Assembly: GCA_963555825.3 (NCBI GenBank)
Contig: CAUVXB020000002.1
Span: forward strand, 2,080,001-2,144,000
Direction: 5' to 3'
DNA length: 64,000 nt
DNA from: Alphaproteobacteria bacterium
GTDB taxonomy: Bacteria; Pseudomonadota; Alphaproteobacteria; JAAXGF01
Below, piece by piece: positions 1-11,200 of this stretch. The position numbers and the translations under genes are program-made. Under the pieces are notes generated by a model. It worked only from the letters and a program-made list of their open reading frames with translations, was not told the origin of the DNA and did no database searches. The stretch's first letter is position 1, and each line of letters begins with the position of its first letter.

Positions 1-182
1 ACCAGTCGATCGAGAACATCGGCGCGCGGCGATTGCACACGGTGATGGAACGGCTGCTCGAAGAGATCAGCTTCACCGCGCCCGACAAGGGCGGCACCGA
101 GATCACCATCGACCGCGCCTTCGTCCGCGAAACCGTCGGCGAACTGGCCAAGGACTCGGACCTGACGAAGTTCATTCTGTAG
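1..182 (+). CDS. hslU: ATP-dependent protease ATPase subunit HslU, 3' end (partial)
   Basis: Frame from base 3 reads [24 protein letters not shown]...DLTKFIL*; [10 protein letters not shown] is the HslU C-terminal signature. Confidence 0.95.
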   Translation, partial: QSIENIGARRLHTVMERLLEEISFTAPDKGGTEITIDRAFVRETVGELAKDSDLTKFIL

Positions 183-244
183 CGGTATGGTGCTTAGGGC
201 CACAATCATTGCGACGCGCAGCGGCAACCTAAACAACTTAACAA

Positions 245-776
245 ATGGATAAGATACCACTCACATTCTATGACTGGTTTGGATATTTGGCGTCGGGCGG
301 TGTCCTTTGCTTAGGCTCCGCTTTTGCTCTCGGAATAGAAAGCCCATTAACGACATCCAATTCAGCAGGAATTTGGTCTAGCGCCGTCTGGTTAGTGGTT
401 ATTTATGTGGTCGGCCATCTCAACTCCCATATAGCTTTCTCGGTTCTCGAACACGGTTTCGTAAAGCGCTTGCTAGGAATGCCGGAGGAACGTCTTCTCA
501 GCCAAGATGGTCCGCCATGGTGGGGACTCTTGCTTCGAGATTATTCACGTCCCTTGGATCCTGCGGAACTTCGCGGGCTTCGACTGAAGGACGAAGACGG
601 AAATATAGACAATCCAAAAAGTTTGTTCCGGTTGGCATTTGCAAGGGTCAAGTCCTTCCCCTCGACTAAGTCGCGCCTGGATATTTTTAACGTCTTGTAC
701 GGATTTCACCGAAACATGTGCTTCGCAGTGTTTTTGGTATGGCTTGAAATGATGATTTGGAGTCACCTAGTTTTTT
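245..776 (+). pseudogene. Hypothetical membrane protein, truncated at 3' end by IS1595
   Basis: Low-GC ORF with hydrophobic helices; the frame runs into the IS left IR at 777, so the tail to 838 is IS-derived. Confidence 0.6.
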
Positions 777-1882
777 CCTTGCCTATCCGGTTTACACCCA
801 CACCCACTAGGGCTAGAATGGGCGCAAACCGGATATAGGGGAGCGCGCCATGGATGTTCTCGACCGCGCCGATCTCCCATTCCCGCATTCGCTACCCGAG
901 TTCCAGCGACTTTTCCCCGATGATGCGGCCTGCGCCGCCTACCTGGAGAAAGCCCGCTGGGGAGACGGCTTTGCCTGCCCGCACTGCGGCACGGCGGGAG
1001 AGCCGTTCCACTTTGAAACCCGCCCTGGCGTCCTGCGCTGCCGCAAGTGCCGCCAGAACACCGGGCTGACGGTGGGAACAGTGATGGAGCGTAGCCACAC
1101 TCCGCTGAACGTCTGGTTCTGGGCCGCTTATCTGGTCGCCAGTCAGACGCCCGGCATGTCCGCCGTGCAGTTTCAGCGGCAACTTGGTCTTTCGCGCTAC
1201 GAGACGGCCTTTCAAATTCTCCACAAGCTCCGCTCGGGCATGGTGCGGCCCAACCAAGACAGGATCGGTGGACAGCCAAGAACCATGTTGAGGTGGACGA
1301 AACCTGGGTTGGCGGGCGAACGCGTGGGGAAGGCCGTGGTGTTCACCACAAGGTTCTCGTCTCCTGTGCCATCGAGGTGCGTCATCGAAAGCCGGGCACC
1401 AAGCTCGACAACCGGAAAGACGGACGCTATGCCGGACGCGTTCGGCTCGCCGTCGTGCTCGACCGTAGCGCCGAGTCGCTCTGTGGGTTCGTCGAGAGCA
1501 CCGTCGCGCCGGGATCGCTGATCGTTACTGACGATTGGAGCGGCTATGCTGGCCTCGGTAAGCGCGGCTATGAGCACTTCGCTGTTGCCGAGTGTGGTGA
1601 TCCAGAGGTTGCCGAGCAATACCTGCCGATCATCCATCTGGTTTTCGCCAACCTGAAGACGTGGCTGATCGGTATCCACCACGGCGTTAGCCACCAGCAC
1701 CTACAAGCCTACCTCAACGAGTTCACCTTCCGCTTCAACAGGCGGTTCTACCCGTTCAACGCCTTCCGCTCATTGCTCGGCATCGCGGGCGACACCTCTG
1801 CTCCAACCTATGCCGAGCTTTACTCGGGAGAGTGGCGGCACCCTACATGTAGCGGTCATGGGCGTTAACCGGATAGGCAAGG
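777..1882 (+). mobile_element. IS1595-family insertion sequence
   Basis: Terminal IRs CCTTGCCTATCCGGTT (777) and AACCGGATAGGCAAGG (ends 1882); no matching target duplication in the flanks. Confidence 0.9.
850..1868 (+). pseudogene. IS1595 transposase with frameshift near 1278
   Basis: Zn ribbon CPHCG..CRKC and HTH in ORF 850-1521; VEVDET..TDDW..YLNEFTFRFNRR DDE domain in ORF 1293-1868; one base appears missing at cagccaagaaccat. Confidence 0.85.
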
Positions 1883-2518
1883 TTTCTTCACAATTATGAT
1901 CAAGATCATTTGTCTGGAATCTTGAACATTCCACCACCTTTGATATTGTTCAGAAATTCGTCGATCAACACCAAAGACGTCATCGAGATAAAAAGGCAAT
2001 CAGACGTTCATGCGCCGACAGACGAACTTGCCCGCGCACTGGAACTTCACGACCTGTACAAGGGACCAGTTAAACCTGAGCAGGCATTTGAAACCATGTT
2101 TCCTGGCGCTAGCGTTTACGCTTACAACAATCTATGGACAAAGAAATTAGGCACGAATAATGCGTCGTTGATCGTATTTCTCGACATTGGCGGTTACAAG
2201 ATTTGTTTGCCCGGCGACCTAGAAGCAGATGGGTGGGAGATGTTGTTGAAAGAAGAAGGTTTCGTCGAACATCTCGAAAGTTCATCGATCCTAATTGCAC
2301 CACATCACGGCCGCTCCAACGGATACTGTGAAAGAGTCATGAAAAATTGTCGGTTTCATTTAGTTATTGTTTCGGACAGCGAGGTAAAATACGCAACTCA
2401 GGAGGACCTAGGAAAATACAGAAAGCATGTTCCAGTTGGTGTTGACCAAGGAGACGGGTCATTTCGATTCATCTATACCACGCGCAATGATGGACACATT
2501 CGACTATCACATGATTAG
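1883..2518 (+). pseudogene. ComEC/Rec2-like metallo-beta-lactamase-fold hydrolase, 5'-truncated by IS1595
   Basis: In frame from the IS end: FLHNYDQDHLSG, later GDLE and APHHG motifs; the N-terminus is missing. Confidence 0.7.
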
Positions 2519-2593
2519 AATCAACATTGGCAACTTGCTACTAATCAAGAAATTGCCAATCTGTAATAGGTCCATTGCGCGCACCGCCATTTC

Positions 2594-3154
2594 TCACCGC
2601 TTCCGCCGCAACAGCACGTAGAGCGCACCCGCGCCGCCGTCCTTGGGTTGGGCGGGCGCGATGGCGAGGACGCGGGCGCGGTTGGCCGGCGCATTCAGCC
2701 AGCGCGGCGCCATGACGCGCAAGACGCCGCCGTTTTCACTCACCCGGCCCTTGCCGGTGATCACCAGGATGCAGCGCCGCGTGACGCCTTGCGCGCGCTC
2801 GAGATAGGCGGTCAGCGCGCCGTGCGCCTCGGCCTGCGTCATGCCGTGCAGGTCGAGGCGGCCGTCGATGGTGAGCTGGCCGCGCTTGAGCCGTTGCGCG
2901 GTGCGCTTGTCGAGTCCGGCGGGGGCGCCCGGCGCGAGCGGCGGCAGTTCGGCCCGCTTGGCTGGCGGCGGCGGCGCGGCCGGTTGCGGCTTCGCGATGG
3001 GCTTCTTCTCGGCCGGCTTCGCGGCCTTCTTCGGCGCGGGCGGCGGCGGCTTGGCCGGCGGCTGCCGCCGGCCCTGGAGCGGCGCGACGTCGCGCGTGAC
3101 GTGGTCCCACAGACCGGCGTCGTCGCCGCCGGACGGCGCCTTAGGGCGCGCCAT
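2594..3154 (-). CDS. Smr/MutS2 domain protein
   Basis: RLDLHGMTQ..A, LVITGKG, GGAGALYVLLR motifs. Confidence 0.92.
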   Translation of the reverse strand: MARPKAPSGGDDAGLWDHVTRDVAPLQGRRQPPAKPPPPAPKKAAKPAEKKPIAKPQPAAPPPPAKRAELPPLAPGAPAGLDKRTAQRLKRGQLTIDGRLDLHGMTQAEAHGALTAYLERAQGVTRRCILVITGKGRVSENGGVLRVMAPRWLNAPANRARVLAIAPAQPKDGGAGALYVLLRRKR

Positions 3155-3815
3155 CTTCGTCGATCAGCACGATATGCAGGCGCCGCGGCCCGTGGGCGCC
3201 GAGCTGCATGGTCTGTTCGATGTCGCCGGTGCGCGACGGGCCGGTGATGAACACGACGGTGCGCGGCGTGCCGCGGCCGGCGGCACGCAGCCGCGCCCAG
3301 CCGTCCTCGTAGCTGCCGACCACCTGGTCGCGGCGCAGCACCACGACATGGGTCTCGGGCAGACAATCGAGCGTCGTCGGGTGGTCGGGGCCCGAGGCGA
3401 TCATCAGCGTGCCGGTCTCGGCCACCGCGGCGAACGTCCCGGTGACCGCCACCGCGTCGCTTCCGCCGGTCGCGCCGCAGCGCAGCTCGAGCACGGTGTC
3501 GTGCCAGGGCAGGGCGTCGAGCGCCGGGTCGGGCGCCATCACCGCGCGCGCCGGCAGGTTGTGCGACGCGAGATACGCGGCGACCGCGGCCGGCGCGTCG
3601 GCGGCGCTCGCGACGCGGGTGACGGTGGCGGCCGCCGCCTCGGCCTGCTTGATGAACAGTTTGATCTGCTTGCCGTGGCGCAGCTGGGCGCGCGCCGGGA
3701 TCAGGTTCGGCCGAGGATCGGCGAGGCGCGCCTGCGCCGCCGCGACGTCGCGCTCGGCGCCGCCCTCGATCGCGGCGCGGATCGCGCCCAGCACCTGTTC
3801 GCGCGCGGCGCTCAT
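3141..3815 (-). CDS. lutC: Lactate utilization protein C (LUD domain)
   Basis: MSAAREQVLGAIR start overlaps the lutB stop (ATGA); AETGT and FITGPSRTGDIEQ motifs. Confidence 0.88.
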   Translation of the reverse strand: MSAAREQVLGAIRAAIEGGAERDVAAAQARLADPRPNLIPARAQLRHGKQIKLFIKQAEAAAATVTRVASAADAPAAVAAYLASHNLPARAVMAPDPALDALPWHDTVLELRCGATGGSDAVAVTGTFAAVAETGTLMIASGPDHPTTLDCLPETHVVVLRRDQVVGSYEDGWARLRAAGRGTPRTVVFITGPSRTGDIEQTMQLGAHGPRRLHIVLIDEDGAP

Positions 3816-5236
3816 CGCCCGGTCCCGCGGCGCGCCGCCCAGAGCGCGTGGAAGGTCGGCCCCTCGGGCGCCGGGAAGTCGCGCCCGGCGGTCCAGCCGG
3901 CGGCGCCGGGCAGCGAGCGGAAGCGGCCCGAACGCCGGCCGAGCGCACCGAGCATCAGCATCGCCCCGCGCGTCGCCGCGCGATACAGCGCCGGACGCCG
4001 CGCGACCCAGGCCCACAGCGCGAGGCCGGCGCGCCAGCGCGGCGGCGACAGCCGGGCCTCGAACTCGCGCTCGCGCCAGTGGCGCATCATGCGCGGCAGC
4101 GGGATGCGCATCGGACAGACTTCCTCGCATTTGCCGCAAAACGTCGAGGCGTTGGGCAGGTGGCCGGCCGCCTCGATGCCGATCAGCTTGGGCGTCAGGA
4201 CCGCGCCCATCGGGCCCGAATAGACCCAGCCATAGGCGTGGCCGCCGATCGAGGCGTAGACCGGGCAGTGATTCAGGCAGGCGCCGCAGCGGATGCAGCG
4301 CAGCATGTCCTGGAACTCGGTGCCGAGCATGCCCGAGCGGCCGTTGTCGAGCAGCACGACGTGATAGGCCTCGGGCCCGTCGAGGTCGTCCGGCCGCCGC
4401 GGCCCATTGGCGAAGGTGGTGTAGGCCGAGAATTCTTGGCCGGTCGCCGAGCGCGCCAGCACGCGCAGGATCGTCGTCGCGTCCTCGAGCGTCGGCACGA
4501 CCTTCTCGATGCTGGCGATGACGATGTGGGTCTTGGGCAGGATCTGGGTCAGCTCGGCGTTGCCCTCGTTGGTCACGGTGACCGACGAGCCGGTCTCGGC
4601 GATCAGGAAGTTGGCGCCGGTGATGCCGACGTCGGCGTCGAGGTACTTCTGGCGCAGCACCTGACGCGCCTCGTCGACCAGCGCGCGCGGCTCGTCGTGG
4701 CGCTTGTCGAAGCCGAGCGCGGCATGATGTTCGGCGAACAGGTCGGCGATCTGGTCCTTGGTCTTGTGCACCGCCGGCGCGATGATGTGGCTCGGCGGCT
4801 CGCCGGCGAGCTGGATGATGTACTCGCCCAGGTCGGTCTCGACCGGCTCGATGCCGTTGGCCTCGAGATGCGCGTTGAGCGCGATCTCCTCGGCGATCAT
4901 CGACTTCGACTTGGTGACGCTGCTGGCGCCGGCGTCGCGGCACAGCTCGAGGATGACGTCGCGCGCATCGGCGGCATCGGCGCACCAATGCACCGTGCCG
5001 CCGCTCTCGACGACCTTGGCCTCGTAGCGCTCGAGATAGACGTCGAGATGGGCCAGCGTGTGGTTCTTGATGTCGACGGCGGCGTCGCGCAGCGCCTCGA
5101 ACTCGGGCAGGCGAAGCGCCGCCTCGGTGCGCCGCTCGATGAAGCCCGAGCGCATGCGCTTCAGCGCTTGCTGCAGATCGGCGTCGGCCAGCGCACGCTT
5201 GGCGTTGGCTGTGAAATCCGCGCTGGTCGACTCCAT
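3812..5236 (-). CDS. lutB: Lactate utilization protein B (LUD plus 4Fe-4S)
   Basis: ETDLGEYIIQL, CIRCGACLNHCP, STFCGKCEEVCP. Confidence 0.95.
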   Translation of the reverse strand: MESTSADFTANAKRALADADLQQALKRMRSGFIERRTEAALRLPEFEALRDAAVDIKNHTLAHLDVYLERYEAKVVESGGTVHWCADAADARDVILELCRDAGASSVTKSKSMIAEEIALNAHLEANGIEPVETDLGEYIIQLAGEPPSHIIAPAVHKTKDQIADLFAEHHAALGFDKRHDEPRALVDEARQVLRQKYLDADVGITGANFLIAETGSSVTVTNEGNAELTQILPKTHIVIASIEKVVPTLEDATTILRVLARSATGQEFSAYTTFANGPRRPDDLDGPEAYHVVLLDNGRSGMLGTEFQDMLRCIRCGACLNHCPVYASIGGHAYGWVYSGPMGAVLTPKLIGIEAAGHLPNASTFCGKCEEVCPMRIPLPRMMRHWREREFEARLSPPRWRAGLALWAWVARRPALYRAATRGAMLMLGALGRRSGRFRSLPGAAGWTAGRDFPAPEGPTFHALWAARRGTGR

Positions 5237-5239
5237 CGC

Positions 5240-6013
5240 CTAGTCGTCCGGCCCGTCGCCGATCGCCGGCGCGCCGGTCATGCCGGCGAGCACCTCGGCG
5301 ACGTGGCGCACGCGCACATCGCTGCCCTCGCGCTTGAGCCGGCCGGCCATGTTCATCAGGCAGCCCATGTCGCCGGCGAGCAGCGTATCGGCGCCCGAGG
5401 CGGCGATATCGGCGGTCTTCTCGGAGACCATCCGGACCGAGATGTCGGCGTATTTTATGCAGAAGGTGCCGCCGAAGCCGCAGCACACCTCGGGCCGTGC
5501 CAGCTCGACGACCGAGAGCCCCGCGACGCGGCCGAGCAACGCGCGCGGTTGGCGTTTTATGCCGAGCTCGCGCAGCCCCGAGCAGGCGTCGTGATAGGCG
5601 GCGACGCCGTCGTAGCGCGTGCCGGGATCGCGCACCCGCGCGACGTCGTAGAGGAACGCGACCAGTTCGTGGACCTTCTCGGCGAAGGCCTTGGCCCTCG
5701 GCGCCATCTCGGCGTCGCCCTCGAACAGCGCCGGGTAGTGATGGCTGAGCATGCCGGCGCAGGAGCCCGACGGCGCGACCACGTAATCGTAGCCGTCGAA
5801 GACGTCGATCACCTGGCGCGCGATGGCGCGCGCGCTGCCCCGGTCGCCCGCGTTGTAGGCCGGCTGGCCGCAGCAGGTCTGCAACGCCGGCGCCTCGACG
5901 GCATAGCCGGCGTCCTCGATCAGCTTGACCGCGGCGAAACCGACCGATGGCCGGAACAGATCGACCAGGCAGGTGACGAACAGCGCGACGCGCTTTTGAT
6001 CGGGTGATGTCAT
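5240..6013 (-). CDS. lutA: Lactate utilization protein A (CCG domains)
   Basis: ALFVTCLVD, QTCCGQPAYN, CCGFGGTF; start placed at ATG 6013. Confidence 0.93.
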   Translation of the reverse strand: MTSPDQKRVALFVTCLVDLFRPSVGFAAVKLIEDAGYAVEAPALQTCCGQPAYNAGDRGSARAIARQVIDVFDGYDYVVAPSGSCAGMLSHHYPALFEGDAEMAPRAKAFAEKVHELVAFLYDVARVRDPGTRYDGVAAYHDACSGLRELGIKRQPRALLGRVAGLSVVELARPEVCCGFGGTFCIKYADISVRMVSEKTADIAASGADTLLAGDMGCLMNMAGRLKREGSDVRVRHVAEVLAGMTGAPAIGDGPDD

Positions 6014-6187
6014 GGCGGCGTAAGAATGGGAGAGCCGGCCCGCCAAGGCAAGCGCGGGATGGCCGCGGGCGAGCTTGCCGAGGAATATGGCGGCGTGCCC
6101 GGCACAAGCGAGATCAAAACAGCACTGATGACGGAACACGAAGGGCCGATTATCTTGACGACGCCGACAAACTGAGTCGATCGGCTG

Positions 6188-6358
6188 AATGTCTCGTTAC
6201 GGCTACTCCCGGACATTGGGCGGTTGACGCTGCGAGGTCTGCTACCCGCTCGAAATCCGACGTGCATGTCGTGAATTGTGCACGCTGCTCACTTTAGGTC
6301 CGGTTACCGCTCCGAAGCGGACGCTGTGCGCCCAAGTCGCCGACGTCTGCTCCCGACC
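6188..6358. repeat. Cluster of ~30-bp imperfect palindromes (GTCYG..N..CGGAC type)
   Basis: Units at 6188-6217, 6235-6263, 6296-6324 and 6343-6358 (last one split by IS1182); related units at ~16588, 19697-19725 and 21035-21064. Confidence 0.6.
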
Positions 6359-8042
6359 CAGACTGTGTAAAAACGTCGATGGTGTTATGATTCTCTCGTG
6401 CTTTGGCGGGAGGGTCTGATGAAGCGTTTTGTCGAGGGTGTCGATCGCAGCCAGGGCACGTTGTTTCCGGAGCGCCTGGAAGACTGGATCGGCGACGACA
6501 ACCCGGTTCGGGCGATCGACGTCTTCGTCGATGAGCTCGATCTTGGCGGCCTCGGGTTCGACCGGGTCGAGCCGCTGGCGACCGGCAGGCCGGCCTATCA
6601 TCCTTGCGATTTGTTGAAGCTCTACATCTACGGCTATCTCAACCGGGTTCAGTCGAGCCGTCGGCTCGAGAGGGAGGCCGGGCGCAATGTGGAAGTGATG
6701 TGGCTGGTCGGCCGGCTGGCGCCGGATCACAAGACGATCGCCGACTTCCGCAAGGACAACGGCCGTGCGATCCGCAAGGTCTGCGCCCGGTTCGTCGCGC
6801 TGTGCCGGCAACTCGGGCTGTTCGCCGAGGCGAGCGTGGCGATCGATGGCTCGAAGTTCAAGGCGGTCAACAGCCGGGACAGGAACTTCACGCGGGCCAA
6901 GATGGCGCGGCGGGTGGCGCAGATCGAGGAGAGCGTTGCGCGCTATCTGGACCAGTTGGACAGCGCCGACCGGCAAGAGCCGTCGCTGGCGCGCACGACC
7001 AAGACGACTCGTCTGGCCGACAAGATCGCGATCCTCAAGGAGGAGATGCGGCGCCTGAAGGCGCTTGAAGTCGAGCGGCGTGCGAGCCCGGACCAGCAGA
7101 TCTCTCTGAGCGATCCCGATGCCCGCTCGATGGCGACGAGCGGCCGGAGTTCCGGCGTGGTCGGCTACAACGTTCAGGCCGCCGTCGACACCAAGCACCA
7201 CCTGATCGTCGCCCACGAGGTGACCAATCAGGGCACCGACCGCGCCCAGCTCTCAGCCATGGCGAAGCGGACCAAGGCGGCTCTGGAGACCGACGAGTTG
7301 GATGTCGTTGCCGATCGCGGCTACTACAACGGCAAGGAGATTCTGGCCTGCGATGAGGCCGGCATCACCGTCACATTGCCTAAGCCGCTGACCTCTGGAG
7401 CCAAGGCCAAGGGCCGCTTCGGCAAACAGGACTTCGTCTATCTGGCCGCCGACGATGTCTATCGCTGCCCGGCCGGCGAGCGTTTGGTCTACCGCTTCAC
7501 CAGCCAGGAGAGGGGGCTGAGCATGCGGCGCTACTGGACCAACGCCTGTCAGGGATGCGCCATCAAGCATCGCTGCACCACGGCCAAGCAGCGCCGCATC
7601 ACCCGCTGGCAGCACGAGCATGTTCTCGAGGCCGTCGAGAGGCGGCTCGACGAGCACCCGGAGGCGATGCGTCGGCGGCGCGAGACGGCCGAGCATCCCT
7701 TCGGCACCATCAAGTCCTGGATGGGCGCGACGCATTTCCAGACGAAGACGCTGAAACGGGTGAGGACCGAGATGGCCCTGCACGTGCTGGCCTACAATCT
7801 CAAGCGCGTCATGAACATCACGGGCATCGACCCGCTGATCGCGGCGATGAGGACCGCATAGGCCTCTCTGCGCCGCAAATTGCGCCCATATCCGGCCAAA
7901 TCGCAGCTCACACCGGCGCCAGCCGGCCGACAGGTCCGCACGAGTGGCGAAAATCCTTAATCCCGGAATACCCGCCGCGACGGATCATCGAAGCCAAAGA
8001 CGCGCCGTACAGATCACGCAGCAAACGTTCTTACACAGTCTG
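6359..8042 (+). mobile_element. IS1182-family insertion sequence
   Basis: IRs CAGACTGTGTAAAAACGT and ACGTTCTTACACAGTCTG; 4-bp duplication GACC at 6355-6358 and 8043-8046. Confidence 0.92.
6419..7861 (+). CDS. IS1182 transposase
   Basis: GRPAYHP..LLKLYIYGY..SSRRLERE, PDHKTIADFR, AIDGSK, ADRGY, AEHPFGTIK. Confidence 0.95.
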   Translation: MKRFVEGVDRSQGTLFPERLEDWIGDDNPVRAIDVFVDELDLGGLGFDRVEPLATGRPAYHPCDLLKLYIYGYLNRVQSSRRLEREAGRNVEVMWLVGRLAPDHKTIADFRKDNGRAIRKVCARFVALCRQLGLFAEASVAIDGSKFKAVNSRDRNFTRAKMARRVAQIEESVARYLDQLDSADRQEPSLARTTKTTRLADKIAILKEEMRRLKALEVERRASPDQQISLSDPDARSMATSGRSSGVVGYNVQAAVDTKHHLIVAHEVTNQGTDRAQLSAMAKRTKAALETDELDVVADRGYYNGKEILACDEAGITVTLPKPLTSGAKAKGRFGKQDFVYLAADDVYRCPAGERLVYRFTSQERGLSMRRYWTNACQGCAIKHRCTTAKQRRITRWQHEHVLEAVERRLDEHPEAMRRRRETAEHPFGTIKSWMGATHFQTKTLKRVRTEMALHVLAYNLKRVMNITGIDPLIAAMRTA

Positions 8043-8290
8043 GACCCGAAGCTCGATTCACTGGCACCACAAGCCATCCCGCTCAGACGGGCAGAGTCGG
8101 CCTGCGCTATGGATAGACAGTATGCGATTCGCCTTCCCAACAACGGGGCGCCTCAGTTGAAAATCGCACATCCGCTTTTGCGACCCGTTGGTCGTCCAAT
8201 GCCGACATCGAAAACGGTCTCGGCCCGTGATACTCTTCGGGACAATCAGAGGCGTTATCGGGGAATCTCGAAGCAAGTGCCTGAGCAGGG

Positions 8291-11200
8291 GTGGGCCAAA
8301 TATTGACAGATATTGTTCTCGAAGTTATCCGCGCCAGCATCGTACTTGGCATTTTCATGTTTGTCTTGGTCGTCGGACGGGGCCGTTTCAAATTGGCCCA
8401 TCATGGCTGGCGATTGATTGTTGGTGGATTCGGGCTCCTGCTATTTGGCAGCGTTCTCGATATCACGGACAATTTCGACAGTCTCAATCGATTCGTCGTC
8501 ATCGGCGATACCGAAGTGCAAGCATTCCTTGAGAAGTTCGTCGGCTACCTGGGAGGGTATGCCTTATTGGCAATCGGATTGCTGCGATGGATTCCGACCA
8601 TCGAGGACCTTTCCGAGCGCAAACGGGTCGAGGAGGCGTTGCGGGGGAGAGAAGCGCAAATGCGCCTCGTGACGGACGCGTTGCCCGCGCTCATCGCGTA
8701 TTTTGATACAGAGCAGCGTCTGCAGTTCGTCAACAAGACTTTCGAGAGTTGGTATGAGGCCCCGCGCGACGAGATCGTCGGTAGAAAAATCAGGGACGTC
8801 ATGGCGGAATACATCGCCGAGGCCGACTACGAAAGATTCAGGCCCCACGTGGAAACGGCGCTGACAGGCGAAGACGTTAGCTTCGAGGAATTTGTGACGT
8901 ATCCGGACGGCAAGACTCGCTACGTCTGGGTTACCTACGTTCCCGAATTCGGATCAGGCGGCTCGATCGAAGGCGCATTCGCTTTCATCCAGGACATCAC
9001 CGAGCGCAAGCGCATGGAGGATGCTGTGCGCGAGTCCGAGGCAAGGCTCGGCGCAATCATCGACAACGCACCCAATGCAATTTCGCTCAAGGACAGGCGC
9101 GGGCACTATCTCCTGATCAACCGCGTGTTCGAGGACATGCTCGACACGACCAGCGAAGCGGTCAGAGGGAAGACGTCCAGCGATATATTCCCGAGGGAAT
9201 TCGCGGAATCCGGAGTGGTGCATGATCGGGGTGTCGTCGAAAAGGGGCGCGCCATCGAACGCGAGGAAGAGCTCGTTCTCGGCGACCATGTTTACACGTA
9301 CCTGACGACCAAGTTTCCGATCCGGGACGCGTCAGGCGACATCGTGTCGATCGGCGCAATCCATACCGACATCACCGAACGCAAGCGCTCGGAGGATGCG
9401 TTACGAGAGAGCGAGGCGAGGCTAAGGGATGCCACGCATCTCGCCAATTTGGGGCAGTTCGTGTGGGATGACGTGGCGGAGAAATGCATCTACTGCGACG
9501 AGGAGTACGCCCGTATCTATGGCGTTTCGGTGGCCGAATATCTCTCGACGTACGCCACTTACGAGTCAGATCTCGATTGGGTGCATGCCGAAGATCGCGA
9601 GCGATACCGCGACGTCGTCTTTACCGAAGCGAGCAAACACCGTGGCGCCATCGACATCGAATACCGCATCATTAGACGAGACGGAGAAACGCGTTATATC
9701 CACGAGCGGGGAACGCCTGTTTTGGATGGAGACGGGGCGCTGATCCGTACCATCGGAACAATCCAGGACATCACCGAACGCAAGCGGACTGAGGAGAGGA
9801 TGCGGGAAATTGAGGCGCGGTACCGGACCTTGGCCAATTTGTCGCCCGTGGGGATATTCCACACCGATGCACAGGGACTCGTCACCTACGTTAATGAAAG
9901 ATGGTGCGAAATCGGGGGCATGACCACCGAGCAAGCCATGGGCGCCGGCTGGATCGCGTCGGTTCATCCGGCAGATCGCGAACGGATCGACGCGGAATGG
10001 GATGAGGCGGTAAAGAACGAGCGCATGTACAGTCTGGAGTACCGCTATATGCACCGGGAGGGGTTGGTTACCTGGTGTTACGTTCAGGCGGTGGCGGAGA
10101 CTGACGCGGATGGGAAGCTAGCCGGACACGTCGGCTGCGTCACCGACATCACCGAGCGCAAGCGCGCCGAGGAGGCGCTGCGTCAGGCTCACGACGAGTT
10201 GGAGCTGCGGGTCGAAGAAAGAACCAGCGAACTCAGGGCTGTCAACGCGCAATTGCTGGAAGAGGTCACAGAGCGCAAGCAGGCCGAGGCGACGCTCAAG
10301 GAAAGTGAGAAAAAACTCCGCGAAATCCTCGAGAACAGCCCAGTTGGCGTTGCTGTGGTCTCCCATGCCAAGGATGACGCCCGGGTAACCGGCAAGCGGT
10401 TGTTTATCAACAGCGCGCTTGTCCAGATGTTCGGCGGCGCGTCCGGAGAGGACCTAATCGAAGCAGAAATTTCGGATAGTTGGGTCTATCTCGATCAGCT
10501 CCAAGCGATCGAGGAGATCATGACGAGCCGTGACGAACTGGTCGACTTCGAGGCCGAGCGGCGTCGCCTGGACGGGACCGAGTGGTGGGTTTCAATGAAC
10601 TCGCGCCCAATCCAGTTCGAGGGCCAGGACTGCACCATGGTCTGGCATTTCGACATCACAGAGCGCAAGCGGGCCGAGGAGGCGCTGCGCCGGGCTCGTG
10701 ACGATCTGGAACTGCGGGTCGAGGAAAGAACCGCAGATCTGCGAACGACCAACCGGGTCCTGCTGGACGAAATCGCCGAGCGCAAGCGGGCGGAACAGGC
10801 GCTTCAGGAAAGCGAGGCGCGGTACCGAGCGATATTCGAACAATCACCCATCGGCATCTGGGTCGACGACTGGTCGATGGTGAAGAAAATGATCGACGGG
10901 CTTGCCCGACGCGGGGTCAAGGACTGGCGCGGTTATTTCCACCGGCGCCCGGAGCAGTTGGCGAAAGCCTACGATCTGGGCCACCCGACTGAGATTAGCC
11001 AGGCAATTCTTGAAATCTACCGCGCACCGACGAAACAAGCTGTCATCGATGCCACTGTAAGCGAGACGGCGACGCCTGAAATGCTTGAAGGATTTCTTGC
11101 CGGTCTGATCGCATTCATTGAGGGAAAGACGAGCCACACGCACGAAGCGACGGACATCGCGAACGACGGTTCCAAGATCTTGGTGCGCAACTCGGCTGTG

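Noticed and set aside
1270-1295. Programmed frameshift in the IS1595 transposase
   Set aside because: No convincing slippery heptamer and this family normally has a single ORF; a mutation or sequencing error is more likely
3141-6107. 988-aa ORF and overlapping long ORFs on both strands
   Set aside because: High-GC shadow frames; only the last 224 aa (LutC) are real
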